A stretch of 64,000 nucleotides of DNA from NCBI GenBank assembly GCA_965197925.1, contig CBDAOC010000019.1:512001-576000 (forward strand), in the 5' to 3' direction. This DNA comes from Nitrososphaerales archaeon. GTDB lineage: Archaea > Thermoproteota > Nitrososphaeria > Nitrososphaerales > UBA213. This document shows, piece after piece, positions 21,764 through 32,967 of this stretch (its first letter is position 1; every line of letters begins with the position of its first letter). The position numbers and the translations under genes were made by a program. The notes beneath the pieces were generated by a model, which saw only the letters and a program-made list of their open reading frames with translations, had not been told where the DNA came from and made no database searches.

Positions 21764-22201
21764 GGAGACCCTATTTAAAGTGGCTAGATAAAAATCCATT
21801 GAGCACCGCTAATATCCCTAATACCTCCCGGCCCGCTTCCACAGGTGAGATAAATCGCTTTTGAAAAGAAATCATATATCAGTAAAAAGCCATCAGGGTT
21901 GAGTCCCTACCACATGTTTATTTCTGTTGTATATGTAGTAAGGCATTCTGGCCTTCAAAAACACAATCAACATAGTTTTGGCAAGTTTGGCGTATCTAGA
22001 CTCTTTCATACATAGACATGAAAGGTATCTAACCGTAACCGAATGATTTCACTACAATTCTACACAATGGGCTAAAATCTATGGTTTCCACAGAGCCTTT
22101 CCAGCATAAGATATTAATATTAAAACAGGGTAAGATTTGTATGGTGTACAAAGTTACACTGTGCAACACAGTAACCTCTACACTTAAGGAGGCGTTGTAA
22201 A

Positions 22202-22801
22202 TTGCAAATGAATTGGGCCTGCGAGATCTGTGGAAGGGTTTTTGGTAGAGGGTTTAGTGCTCAGCGTCATGTAAGGTTAAAACACAATCTTTACGGAAGA
22301 GTTATTGATTATCCTTCTTATCTATATAAGGTGAATACAGGACGCCTTCCCCCGCCTCAGTTGAAGACTGGGCAAAGTCGGAGATCCGTTTTTGCTAGTG
22401 AAAAAATAATGGATAAGATAAATGACGAATTGTACAAGAAAATTGACGAATTTCAAAATAGATTTGTTAAGGATTTAGTAGACAATATTAATTCACATGG
22501 AAACAATGATAGTTCTAATCCTATGGAGATTATAGCAAAATTTGAGCGATTGAACGCCATTATGGACGCATTTGCTAAGAAAAGAGAGAAATCGAGGAGT
22601 GAAGAAGAAAAAGTAAATGATAAAGAAGAAAAAATTATTCTTCCGGATATTGAAGCAGAAGTTGAGCGGTATTACGCCATTCTGGATGCATTTGATAAGA
22701 AAAGAGAGAAATCAAGAAATAAAGAAGAAAAGATAAGGAATAAAGAAGAAAAAAGAGCGAGTAAGGAAGAAAAAATTACTTCCCGAATAATGAAGCAGTG
22801 A
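22202..22801 (+). CDS. C2H2 zinc-finger protein with charged, internally repeated C-terminus (tail probably frameshifted)
   Basis: CEICGRVFGRGFSAQRHVRLKH; repeated AI(M/L)DAF.KKREKSR..EEK units. Confidence 0.7.
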   Translation: MQMNWACEICGRVFGRGFSAQRHVRLKHNLYGRVIDYPSYLYKVNTGRLPPPQLKTGQSRRSVFASEKIMDKINDELYKKIDEFQNRFVKDLVDNINSHGNNDSSNPMEIIAKFERLNAIMDAFAKKREKSRSEEEKVNDKEEKIILPDIEAEVERYYAILDAFDKKREKSRNKEEKIRNKEEKRASKEEKITSRIMKQ

Positions 22802-23095
22802 AGGAGCAAGTAAAGACCATGATAGAAGCAATTAAAAAGAAAAAAGAAATCAAGGAACAAAGAAGAAAAAATTTAGACAATAATTAGAGACGTAATAAAA
22901 CAGGACGATTGAGTGCTCTTGTTTGATAAATTCATACTGTGTCTTATAATCACCAAATTATTGTTATCCAAAACTCCTTTAGATTCATAGTAATGAGTAT
23001 GTTGTATATGGAAGATGTCTACAATTCTTTTACTATATTCTCCTATGTTATTATCTTCATATTCACCGACGAAGAGTTTGATTGGAGTTCTTATG

Positions 23096-23181
23096 ATAGG
23101 CTTGACCATATAAGTGATGAAACAAGAATATTTTCTTGATGTGCATATAGGCTTGACCATATAAGTGATGAAACAAGAATA
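23096..23181 (+). repeat. 35-bp direct repeat, two copies, 51-bp period
   Basis: ATAGGCTTGACCATATAAGTGATGAAACAAGAATA at 23096 and 23147. Confidence 0.9.
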
Positions 23182-23689
23182 ACAACATCATTCTGGATTG
23201 ATTCTAGCAAAATAGCACTTCTTATGATAACCTGATTAAGCGGTTGACTTTAGTTTGGACAAGCTGAAAGCAAGTGAAACTGATCTTTCCGTTTCTCTCA
23301 AACCGTTAAAGATCCTATACAATTATTCTACAGATATCTTAAGAGATATGATGAAGAAATAAGACCGTGTAACAAAAAAATAAAGACAAAAAGAATTGTC
23401 ATATTCGCATTGTTCATGCTGGGTGTCTTTGTCGTTGCATTTGATGGTGTTATGATCAATGCATATGCAAATCGTTTGATAATTATTTTGAGGGCGGTGA
23501 AGTATTATACGAGGAACGTAATAGTTTGACCGATGGGGAAGACTTGGACTCGCTAGTAGAAGAATTGCGGGGTATGAAGGGATAAGTCCAGCTGCTCCTG
23601 CAGCAAATCCTATAAAATAGCTTCTCTAAGAAAGTCTATCAAATTTATTGATCATGTCTGTGAACAGTTGTATCACCCAATGAATTGAA

Positions 23690-24727
23690 TCATTCCCACA
23701 CATCAACACCTTTGAGGAAACGTATTGCGTCGATTAGACCCTCAGCATACCCAATGCTTAAAACTGCAAGTTCAGGCTTACCTTGCTCTAAAAACCTCTC
23801 AGCATCCAATATATAATATTTAGCATTCTCAAATATGTTACTGAAACGTGAATCAACATCAACTAATTTCTTTGCACGTTCAAGCGCTCTTCGTGCTTTG
23901 GGCACATATTTCGTGATCATTTGTTCCGCAATTTTGGTTATATTTTTTGAATTGTCCACTGGTTCATCAAGCAGTCTTGTGAATACAGCCAAAGCATCAG
24001 TTTCTGTAAAGTGTAGTGTGGCAGTTATCACAATTGAATGGGGGGGTTCCCCAAAGTCTGTTCCTAGTAAGGATTTGAACTTACCCGATACTATACCTTG
24101 ATCCTCACTACCTATTCTTGAAGCTACAATTGCGAAGGTATCATCAGAAAAAACCCCATGCTTTTGATCTGCCTCTGCTTCCAATAACATTTTAAGAGCA
24201 TCATTTGGTTTAAGGAATAGATTTTTCTCCTGGTTGAATTCCATCAGGAGGAGTGTATGACTTCTCGACAAAAGATTGCTATAAACAGTATAGTAAATAT
24301 TAGAAATTGACTGTATCTCTGATGTCAATGTAATAATCCTTCCAATTTTGTAAATATGTAATCCACATTCACCCATGACTGAGGTTATAGATGAGGATGA
24401 ATGCAGTACGCTGGTCTTTATACCACTTTTCTCAGCTCTTAATCTCAAGTCCATATGTGTTGTTGCCATTAATGGATCTCCATACACTATAAGAGCAACG
24501 TCACTGCTCCTCGATTGTTCTAGAATCTCTCTACCATCCTCAATGAACCATCTGGGTACTACCTTCACATCTTTGTTTAATATTCTCTTTAGACCTACTA
24601 TCTCTGATTCTGGTACAGGACTTGTATATTTTTCAAAATAGATATTCTCAAAGCTTAGTAGGGAGTGCAGGGTCTTGGTACTAAGCCCCGAATATCCATG
24701 AATTCCTAATCCCACCAAAAGAAGCAT
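23690..24727 (-). CDS. dph5: Diphthine synthase with C-terminal DUF357-like extension
   Basis: Motifs LVGLG, FEKYTS, YGDPLMATTH, GLHIYKIG, HTLLL and FGEPPHSIV; tail AVLSIGYAEGLIDA. Confidence 0.92.
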   Translation of the reverse strand: MLLLVGLGIHGYSGLSTKTLHSLLSFENIYFEKYTSPVPESEIVGLKRILNKDVKVVPRWFIEDGREILEQSRSSDVALIVYGDPLMATTHMDLRLRAEKSGIKTSVLHSSSSITSVMGECGLHIYKIGRIITLTSEIQSISNIYYTVYSNLLSRSHTLLLMEFNQEKNLFLKPNDALKMLLEAEADQKHGVFSDDTFAIVASRIGSEDQGIVSGKFKSLLGTDFGEPPHSIVITATLHFTETDALAVFTRLLDEPVDNSKNITKIAEQMITKYVPKARRALERAKKLVDVDSRFSNIFENAKYYILDAERFLEQGKPELAVLSIGYAEGLIDAIRFLKGVDVWE

Positions 24728-25017
24728 AAGGATAGAAGAAGGGTGTGTGATAACAAGTTGATATATCTTATCTTTATGTGGAACTCAATTTAAGATCTCA
24801 GAAATTTTGAATTTATCATTGAATTCTAATTGGATTGTAAACAGGATTAGAATCATCATTTGATTAATTCAAAAAATTGCGGTTGATCATTCCCTTACAT
24901 TAATTATTCTACAGGGCAAAATCTAACAACTAGCAAAATCCAAAATATACCAGTATTAAAAAAGGGGTATACTCAGCCGTATTGCTTTAAACAGAAAAAT
25001 AAAATAAATTCTAATCT

Positions 25018-25362
25018 TTAATCAGTGTTGAATGAACTTCCGCAAGCACAGCTCTTGGTTACATTCGGGTTATTTATTTTGAAACCTGTTCCGTTTAAAC
25101 TCTCTATATAATCAATCTCCGTTCCCTTTAGATGACTTACACTGTAATTATCTACCAATATCCTTACACCATTCTCCTCTAGAACCATATCATCCTCATC
25201 CGACTTGTCCTCAAACCCCATTCCATAGGATAATCCCGAACATCCTCCTCCAGATACATAAACTCGCAGGAACAGACCATCTTTACCCTCCTGTTTCATG
25301 AACTCCTTTACCTTCTCTGCTGCCTTTGTAGTTAGTGTTATCCTCTTTTGTACGGTTTCCAT
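25018..25362 (-). CDS. A-type Fe-S carrier (HesB/IscA/ErpA)
   Basis: Motifs GGGCSGLSY and NPNVTKSCACGSSF. Confidence 0.95.
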   Translation of the reverse strand: METVQKRITLTTKAAEKVKEFMKQEGKDGLFLRVYVSGGGCSGLSYGMGFEDKSDEDDMVLEENGVRILVDNYSVSHLKGTEIDYIESLNGTGFKINNPNVTKSCACGSSFNTD

Positions 25363-25845
25363 ACTTACATTATTTCACTTATATGGTATAAGAAGGTTTT
25401 GTCGGAAAGAATGGGGCTTTAAGTAACCCCCAGAGGAACCAAAAGGCAATCTAGGCCGACTCGCTGCTACATGAGGTGGAATGTTATCAGTACAGATATT
25501 GATGGGAGTGGTATTGAATTCGCTGTATTATTTTATCAATTAATTCATCAATTATTTCACAGTTTGCCTGTCCTCATCAATCTCCAATACCAGATACCAT
25601 GTTTTCAACTTTCCCTCACATAAAGCAGCCAACGAGAAAAAGAGCATCCGTTGAAGATTATCAGTTGGAGCGTTTCAGTTACATGATCCTTAAGTTACAT
25701 GATCCCCTACAGATCAAGGTACTCTTGAATGGAATCAAGATTCTAAAGAACCCCAGTTAACAAACAACTAATCATGCCCAATGGTTAAGCATTGTTGCCA
25801 GTCCAAGTTAGAAGACTGGTATGCATTAAATAAAAAGTAAGAGGA

Positions 25846-26610
25846 TCACTTTTTCTGCACGAATGCTTTCATTCTTTCTTCTCTATCCTTATGTGTGAAG
25901 CACAAAGACCACCCAAATATCTCTAGCTTGAGTCCAGTGTTTATGTCAGAGTCTATCCCTTTATTCAGAAGCGTTTTTGATACCCTAACTGCAATGGAAC
26001 TATTCTTCGCTATCTGCTTTGCAATGCTGGTGCATTCATCCATAAGCTCTGCCAATTCAGTCACCTTGTTCACCAAGCCCATCTGTAAGGCTTCGTCAGC
26101 TCTTATTTTCTTGCCAGTGAAGATCAGTTCCTTTGCCCTAGCTGGACCTATGATTCTCATCAATCGCTGAGTACCTCCCCATCCAGGACATATTCCTATA
26201 GTAACTTCTGGCTGGCCCATAGCTGCGTTCTTTGATGCTATTCTTATATCACAGGAAAGAGCAAGTTCGCATCCCCCACCCAAGGCATATCCATTAACGG
26301 CTGCTATGACTGGCTTCTTCAAATTCTCAATCTTGTTCAATGTAGCATGACCTGTGAGCGCATATTCTTCAGCTTCTAAAGGAGATATCTTGCTCATGTA
26401 TTCAATATCCGCACCAGCTGAAAATGCCTTTTCACCAGCTCCAGTTATGACCACAGCCTTTACGGCATCATCCTTATCCAGCTCGTCTATTACAATTCCC
26501 ATCTCCTTTATTACCTCGATATTCATAGCGTTAAGCTTCTCTGGTCTGTTTATCCTCACTATTGCGATGTCTTCTTTCTTCTCTACCTGAATGTATTGTT
26601 GTGAACCCAT
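25846..26610 (-). CDS. Crotonase-family enoyl-CoA hydratase (likely 3-hydroxypropionyl-CoA dehydratase/crotonyl-CoA hydratase)
   Basis: Motifs [26 protein letters not shown] and [17 protein letters not shown]; the specific role is inferred from lineage. Confidence 0.88.
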   Translation of the reverse strand: MGSQQYIQVEKKEDIAIVRINRPEKLNAMNIEVIKEMGIVIDELDKDDAVKAVVITGAGEKAFSAGADIEYMSKISPLEAEEYALTGHATLNKIENLKKPVIAAVNGYALGGGCELALSCDIRIASKNAAMGQPEVTIGICPGWGGTQRLMRIIGPARAKELIFTGKKIRADEALQMGLVNKVTELAELMDECTSIAKQIAKNSSIAVRVSKTLLNKGIDSDINTGLKLEIFGWSLCFTHKDREERMKAFVQKK

Positions 26611-26860
26611 GTAACCCTTTCAGATCTGGACCAACTTAAATCTATTGTACAAGGAGTGAAAAGAAAGAATGATTTCCAATTTATTTGGCTATATGAGATC
26701 TTGGTTATTTCCAACCATTAATATTTATGGGCTAACCCACTTCAACAGGACTCGTTCCTAACAGTAATTTTAGGTTTTAAATTTCATATGAAGAAAAAAC
26801 AATTTCGCCACTAAAATCGGTTATAATTGAATGTCGTATAATAATAGATAAATTAACTAT

Positions 26861-27736
26861 CAACTCATCTCAAAACCCTACAATACATCAAAAATGATGC
26901 AGGATTAACAAATGCCAGGTAGTTTTCTGCCGTTCTTTCATACCTGATTCTTGTTCTGTGAAATCCATTCTTGAGCCATGCAAGGAATCTCTCAACTACA
27001 AATCTTGTCTTGCTGTAATGTTTGCAATCATTATTTTGCAAGATGAACTTGGAATTTATTTTGTATGGGATGCAACATGCAATATTTCTATCCCACAACC
27101 ACAAATACATTCTGATGTATTTTGCATCATTTTGTCTGCATAAACTGGTTCTATCTGTTGTATTGAATCATCATCAAGATAGTCTGAAATTGATCCTGTA
27201 ACATCCATGCATTTTGTACTGTCATGTTCATTTGCTGGACTCAACAGTATGGATATTGGAAATCCGTTACCCTCTACTGCGGCATGTATTTTTGTACCTG
27301 TTATTCTCTTGAATCCATTATATCCAGTTACATTGCCCCTTTTTTATCAGGAATGGATGGAGTCAGCTGATTTTTTGTAGATTAATTTTGCCAGATTTAT
27401 GTGCTGAGTGAATAGTACGTGATAGAATCTTTTTCCAGACTCCTTTTTGTTGCCATTTGTTTAACCTTCTGTTTGCAGTAGAATCATCACCATATCTTTT
27501 TGGCATATCGTCCCATCGGCATCTAGTAGTTAGAACATGGATTATTCCGTTAATGATTTTTCTATCATCATCTCTAGGCCTGCCAGTTTTTGCATGTGGT
27601 GGTATGTGTGATTCCATCATACTCCACTGTTTGTCTGATAATTCTTGGAATTTCATAAAATAATTTTAGATGTAGCTATTCATGGATCTAAATGGTCGCT
27701 AAAAATTGTCTAAATGGTTAGTTTTGAGATGAGTTG
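26861..27736 (-). mobile_element. IS-A copy 3, defective, with 3-bp TSD
   Basis: Same TIRs; TAT on both flanks; ORF A truncated; same 4-nt ORF B deletion. Confidence 0.92.
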
Positions 27737-28033
27737 TATAACCAGTTTTTAGATGCTCGAAATCCAGTTTTTCTCTGATGGGGTCTTCATTCTTCTCATC
27801 TGCCCTATACTTGTTAGCAGCAATGCTTAACAGAAAATGCTTAACAGAAAATAACTGCCAAAATCAACCGACCAGTGGGGTTCAGCAGCTAAGGTTTTGT
27901 AAACAAGGCGGTTGAGAGAGGTCGTAAGTAATGGTATACTAGAAAATAAGTTCATACCAAAGGTGAAAATCAAACTCCTAATGAAAACCTAAGAATAGTG
28001 CAGATTAAATATAGGCCATTCAAATTTTTCCAC

Positions 28034-29437
28034 ATGGAAGTTTCTAAAGAGGCACTGATAAAGTTAATGGGAAAAACCAATCAGGCTTCGTACGTTGAAC
28101 TACGTTACCATTCAAGAATACTAAATGAAGTCAAAGTCACTAATGGAGTGCTTGATAGAATCCGTTCTGTCCTAAATGATGGTGTAGGAATACGCGTGTT
28201 GGTTAGTGGTTGTTGGGGTTTCAGCAGCACCAGCGAGATATCAGATGACTCAGTTCTAGGTGCTGCAAAAGACGCTGTGTCAAGTGCAGCTTTGCTTTCA
28301 GACGGCAAGAAACGAAGAGTCGAGAAACTGGCTGATGCCGATCTCGCAACAGGAACATTCAAACTCCCAGTAAATGGCAATCTAGCAGATCACGGCATTG
28401 AAGAAAAGGTCAAGTTGGTAATAGATTCTGAAGCCTTAACTAGAAAGTGTTCCATCAAGATTAAAGCCGCCTCTTGCATTTATAGGGAAACCTTGGATCA
28501 CAAGATAATAGTGAATACAGATGGTGCATCTGTGGAATTGTTCGATTCCAAACCAGAATTTTCAATAACCGCCGTTGCGAAGGAATCTGGAAATACTGCA
28601 ACCACATCTGACGGTGTTGGTATAAGTGGTGGCTGGAAAGATCTCTTCGAAAAAAGAGGTGCTGATGAGATCGCAAAGAAAACCGCGAAGAAGGCCCTAA
28701 AGTTGTTGAAGGCTAAACGACCAAAAGGAGAGCGGACAAAAATAATACTTGATCCTGGAATGGTAGGACTGATTTCTCATGAAGCAATAGGACATACTGC
28801 AGAAGCTGATTTTGTTTTATCAGGTTCTATCGTGAAGGATAAGATAGATAAGCAAATTGCGAGTGAATTGGTTACGCTGGTCGACAGTGGTCCATCACAG
28901 TTCAAGAATGGAGCAGCAGGAACTATATTAGTTGATGATGAAGGTGTAACCGCAGGACGTACAGTAATCATTGAAAATGGGTTTTTGAAATCCTACTTGC
29001 ACAACAGGGAAACCGCTGCGTTATTATCCGCAGAACCAACTGGAAATGCTAGGGCATATGAATATGATAATGAGCCGCTAATAAGAATGCGTAACACCTT
29101 CATAGAGCCGGGATCGTATTCCTACGACGAAATAATCAAGGAAACAAAACATGGGTATCTCCTTAAGGGGGCTAGAAATGGGCAGGCAGATGCCAATGGA
29201 GAGTTCATGTTCGGATCACAAGAAGCGTATCTAATTGAAAGGGGGGAAATCAAGAAGCTTCTACGCGGAGCCAGTATATCGGGACGTGCCCTTGAGGTGC
29301 TAATATCTGTGGATGCCGTTGGTGAGGACTTTGAATATGATATTGGAACTGGCTATTGCGGGAAATACCAACCAATGAAGGTTGATGGCGGCGGTCCTCA
29401 TATTCGATGCGAGGCCATAGTTGGGGGCTTGCAATGA
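28034..29437 (+). CDS. tldD: TldD metalloprotease subunit
   Basis: Motifs GVGIRV, HEAIGHTAEAD, DDEG, GNAR, RMRNT and CGK.QP. Confidence 0.92.
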   Translation: MEVSKEALIKLMGKTNQASYVELRYHSRILNEVKVTNGVLDRIRSVLNDGVGIRVLVSGCWGFSSTSEISDDSVLGAAKDAVSSAALLSDGKKRRVEKLADADLATGTFKLPVNGNLADHGIEEKVKLVIDSEALTRKCSIKIKAASCIYRETLDHKIIVNTDGASVELFDSKPEFSITAVAKESGNTATTSDGVGISGGWKDLFEKRGADEIAKKTAKKALKLLKAKRPKGERTKIILDPGMVGLISHEAIGHTAEADFVLSGSIVKDKIDKQIASELVTLVDSGPSQFKNGAAGTILVDDEGVTAGRTVIIENGFLKSYLHNRETAALLSAEPTGNARAYEYDNEPLIRMRNTFIEPGSYSYDEIIKETKHGYLLKGARNGQADANGEFMFGSQEAYLIERGEIKKLLRGASISGRALEVLISVDAVGEDFEYDIGTGYCGKYQPMKVDGGGPHIRCEAIVGGLQ

Positions 29438-30768
29438 CATTAATTGACATTTGCTCATATGCGGTGAAGGAAGCCTTGAAGCAGAATGCAATTGAGGCTG
29501 AAGCTTTTGCTGCATTTGATAAAGAGGTTGAAGTATTTCTTGAGAATAGCGATCTTAAACAGGTTAAATCCCATAACAAGGGGAGTATAGGAGTAAGGGT
29601 ATTCGTTAACAAATCATTGGGTTTTGCTTCCGTCAATAGCCTGGACAAAAAGAGAGTTCTTGATGCTGTGAGTAGAGCAATAAAGATTGCGAGGGTAAGT
29701 CCCAGGGACAAATACAATGAGTTACCTAAAGTGCGTAAGATCAATCTGTTAAGGGGGATTTATGATTCAAACGCAGAACAGTTCCATCCACTAGATGCCA
29801 CAAAGCACGCAGTAGAAATGCTAAAAACAACTTCTTCTTACGATCCAAGAATAAGTGTTGACAGCGGAAATTTCAATTCATCCCTTATGACACATGCACT
29901 ATGTAATTCAAACGATGCCGAACTTGAAGAGAAGATCAGTGTCTTCTCCTGGAGCATCATGGGTATGGCAATAGATGGAGAGGATGTGTCAAACTTTGAT
30001 TTTCAATTTGATGGTACGCATTCGGTAAAAAAGATTGATGTTACCACTACTTCTAAAGAATTTGCAAAGTCAGTTGTAAGTTCTCTTAATGCAAAGAAAA
30101 TTGATAATTTAAAGGGTACAATGTTGTTGAGCCCAAATGCCGTTTACGAGCTTATGGTTGATTTAATAACCTTTGCAGCCAACTCGCACAACGTTCAGAA
30201 AGGAATTAGTAAATTTGCTAGGAAGTTATGGAAGAAGGTAGTATCTAGCAAGTTGACGGTTGTGGATGATGCTACACTTGTAGAAGGACTTGGTGCAGAG
30301 AGTTTCGATCGAGAGGGAGTCACTCACAACAAGAATGTGTTAATCAAGAAAGGGGAACTGAAAAAATACATGTACAACACCTACACTGCAAAGAAGGACA
30401 AAACCAAGAGTACCGGTAATGCCTCTGGCAGTACTAATTCTCCTCCCTCAGTTGGAAGCACGAACATAATCTTCGAAAGAGGCAATTGTGAGTTAAACTC
30501 AATTATAAATGATATAAGAAAAGGAGTGATTGTGAACAGGTTTTCAGGAAACATCAATCCAGTTAATGGTGATTTCTCAGGTGTAGTTAAGGGGGGACAT
30601 TTGATTGAAAATGGTAGTATAAAAGCTCCTGTTAGAGAGGTAATGGTAGCTGGCAATGTATTTGACGCGTTGAACAACGTTTCGGCAATATCACGCGAAC
30701 AATCTAAGATTTTTGATTCCTTCCTGCCTTACGTAGGTGTAGAGGGAATTTCATTCACGGGCGGATGA
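29434..30768 (+). CDS. pmbA: TldE/PmbA subunit
   Basis: Motifs IGVRV, FDREG, STGNA and NPVNGDFS; no HExxH; ATGA overlap with tldD. Confidence 0.9.
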   Translation: MTLIDICSYAVKEALKQNAIEAEAFAAFDKEVEVFLENSDLKQVKSHNKGSIGVRVFVNKSLGFASVNSLDKKRVLDAVSRAIKIARVSPRDKYNELPKVRKINLLRGIYDSNAEQFHPLDATKHAVEMLKTTSSYDPRISVDSGNFNSSLMTHALCNSNDAELEEKISVFSWSIMGMAIDGEDVSNFDFQFDGTHSVKKIDVTTTSKEFAKSVVSSLNAKKIDNLKGTMLLSPNAVYELMVDLITFAANSHNVQKGISKFARKLWKKVVSSKLTVVDDATLVEGLGAESFDREGVTHNKNVLIKKGELKKYMYNTYTAKKDKTKSTGNASGSTNSPPSVGSTNIIFERGNCELNSIINDIRKGVIVNRFSGNINPVNGDFSGVVKGGHLIENGSIKAPVREVMVAGNVFDALNNVSAISREQSKIFDSFLPYVGVEGISFTGG

Positions 30769-31973
30769 CATTGAGAAACAATTACGACATTGTAGTTGTT
30801 GGAGGAGGGCCTGCTGGGCTCTCGGCAGCATATTCCGCAGCTAAAAATGGAGCAAGTGTAATTGTTTTGGAAAGGGATGATGGTATAGCACATAATATAA
30901 GAACAAGCGGTGTTAGCTGGATAGAGGAAATAAAGAGGTTCGGAATAACGGAAGAACATTACAATCCCATACGAAATTACTTGTTCTTCTCCCCACAAAA
31001 CGAGGTTAAGATAGAAGGTGGGAAGCCAAAATGTTGTGTGCTGAATGTGAGGACTACATATCAGCACCTTGCTGTACAAGCCGCAGGTAAAGGTGCTAAT
31101 ATAATGATAAGGGCAAATGTGGTAAAACCCCTGATTGTCAATAACAGAATATCCGGCGTGAAAGTGAATACTCCGAGGGGAGAACTAAACATAACTGCAG
31201 ATCTGGTGATCGATGCTAGTGGATTTAGTTCAGCTGTTGGAAGAAGAATGGGTATAGTTCCTGAATGGAAGAGGTACGGTGTTGGTGCCGAATATGAATG
31301 CTATGTGGATGAATTTGATGACGATACATGGGTACTGATGGTGGGTAGCAATTATTCGCCTGCGGGTTATGCATGGTTATTTCCGGTTGGCAAAAACAGG
31401 GTAAGGATTGGGTTAGGAGTAGGAAGACCAGAATCAAGGGAGGACCCCCTGGAGCTGCTTGATTCAATGCTGGAAAGGAGGCCAAAACCCTTAGACGGGT
31501 TGGGCAAAATAGCACCTCTTGAACTGCACTATGGCTTCATTCCCAACGAAGGATTAAGGACGCATGCGGTTGATGACGGTTTGTTACTTGTAGGTGACTC
31601 TGCAGGGCAGTCAAACCCTCTTGTTCTGGAGGGAATAAGATATGCAATTGAGTTTGGACGTCTTGCTGGAGAAGTCGGTTATAATGCATTGCAAAATAAA
31701 GCCACGAAAGATTCGCTCCAGGAATACGATAAGATCTTGCGAGAGAAGTTACAGAATAAGATTTCAGCCGCATTACGGGTTCAATCACGTTGGTTGAAAC
31801 TTACGGACGATGAATGGGATAAGGAGATAGAAATATTGGGGGATATGAGCATTGATGAGTTCATTGATTTTATCCGTGCAGATTTCAGCATGTCCAAGAT
31901 GTTAAAATTGGCGATGCGTCATCCACAGGTTGCAGCAAGACAGCTCTTCAACATGGTAGCAAAAACAGGGTGA
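30765..31973 (+). CDS. Geranylgeranyl reductase-family FAD oxidoreductase
   Basis: Motifs VVGGGPAG, DASG, PAGYAWLFP and VGDSAGQSNPL..EGI. Confidence 0.88.
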   Translation: MTLRNNYDIVVVGGGPAGLSAAYSAAKNGASVIVLERDDGIAHNIRTSGVSWIEEIKRFGITEEHYNPIRNYLFFSPQNEVKIEGGKPKCCVLNVRTTYQHLAVQAAGKGANIMIRANVVKPLIVNNRISGVKVNTPRGELNITADLVIDASGFSSAVGRRMGIVPEWKRYGVGAEYECYVDEFDDDTWVLMVGSNYSPAGYAWLFPVGKNRVRIGLGVGRPESREDPLELLDSMLERRPKPLDGLGKIAPLELHYGFIPNEGLRTHAVDDGLLLVGDSAGQSNPLVLEGIRYAIEFGRLAGEVGYNALQNKATKDSLQEYDKILREKLQNKISAALRVQSRWLKLTDDEWDKEIEILGDMSIDEFIDFIRADFSMSKMLKLAMRHPQVAARQLFNMVAKTG

Positions 31974-32082
31974 ACGAAATTGAAATTCATTCTTACACTC
32001 TTTCAGGTCTATAGACACAATAACGGTTCTTTTCAAGCTTTCACAAAACATGAACTTGCTTGCTATGATTTGTTTCTATTAA

Positions 32083-32436
32083 TTAAGTGAACTGTACCTT
32101 CAAACCCTTGCCCACCGTTGGAGTTCCAGTTAATTTTACTTCAAAATGCAACCAATCTGCCTCCAATACTTTGTTCTGCAGGGTGAAACTAAATGTATCC
32201 GTCCCAAAGACATGCTTTATCTTACTCACCCTGAATTCCGGAACATCTACTGACACCACCTGTTCAAAACTGTACGTAGACAAATCCCATACTCTTGTGC
32301 TAACGGCACCGGTCTTGGTATTGGTTACTTTTAGAGTCAGGCTCTTTTCAGGGGTCACTTCTTGCGCATATCCTTGATCGAGGATCATTGGCAAAAGCAA
32401 TGTGCCAATAAGAATCATGGCAAATAATAGTTTCAA
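32083..32436 (-). CDS. Small secreted hypothetical protein
   Basis: Signal-peptide-like N-terminus (GYA-Q) and a beta-rich mature part. Confidence 0.65.
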   Translation of the reverse strand: MKLLFAMILIGTLLLPMILDQGYAQEVTPEKSLTLKVTNTKTGAVSTRVWDLSTYSFEQVVSVDVPEFRVSKIKHVFGTDTFSFTLQNKVLEADWLHFEVKLTGTPTVGKGLKVQFT

Positions 32437-32537
32437 ACTGATCCCTTCCTAAATTGGTACTATCATTTAAGCGTTAGTAGTTTTCGCTGATATTGTAAGG
32501 ATAAATCTTTATACTGTGGGGATTAACTCTTCATATA

Positions 32538-32921
32538 TTGGGCCAGGAAATTATTGGGTCTACAATGTTTGAACCTCTTCTCCTGATGCTTGTATTCGGA
32601 ATAATTGGTTCTGTCCCGATGCTGATAATAGCCAGATTAATTTCGCCTAAGAGAAGGCTTGTCAACCCTGTAAAATTTTTACCAATGGAGTGTGGACAAG
32701 TGCCTTCTGGTGAGGGAAGAACCCACTTTATGATGCAGTACTACTCATATGTTTTGATGTTCGTGGTGTTCGATGTTATGGCTATATTTCTTTATGCATG
32801 GGGTTCGGCCTTGATTGGTCTGGCACAATCCTCTACGTTACCCATATTTGCATTTCTTAGCGTTCTCTTCGCAGCTATGGGATATGCTATGTACCTCTCA
32901 GGACGAAAGGAAATATGGTAA
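32538..32921 (+). CDS. nuoA: Complex I subunit A
   Basis: MECGQVP and FVVFDV; three TM helices (start may be 32565). Confidence 0.93.
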   Translation: MGQEIIGSTMFEPLLLMLVFGIIGSVPMLIIARLISPKRRLVNPVKFLPMECGQVPSGEGRTHFMMQYYSYVLMFVVFDVMAIFLYAWGSALIGLAQSSTLPIFAFLSVLFAAMGYAMYLSGRKEIW

Positions 32922-32967
32922 GAATAAGTATTAAATACGATATACAGTATAAAATGGGTGAAGGTCA

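Noticed and set aside
23096..23181. Possible mini-CRISPR (35-bp repeat, two copies)
   Set aside because: Only two copies, a 16-nt spacer and no cas genes in the window; a local duplication fits better.
27823..27915. 30-codon Cys-containing ORF upstream of tldD as a RiPP precursor
   Set aside because: Its start depends on a 14-bp duplication, it has no leader/core features, and no modifying enzymes are adjacent.
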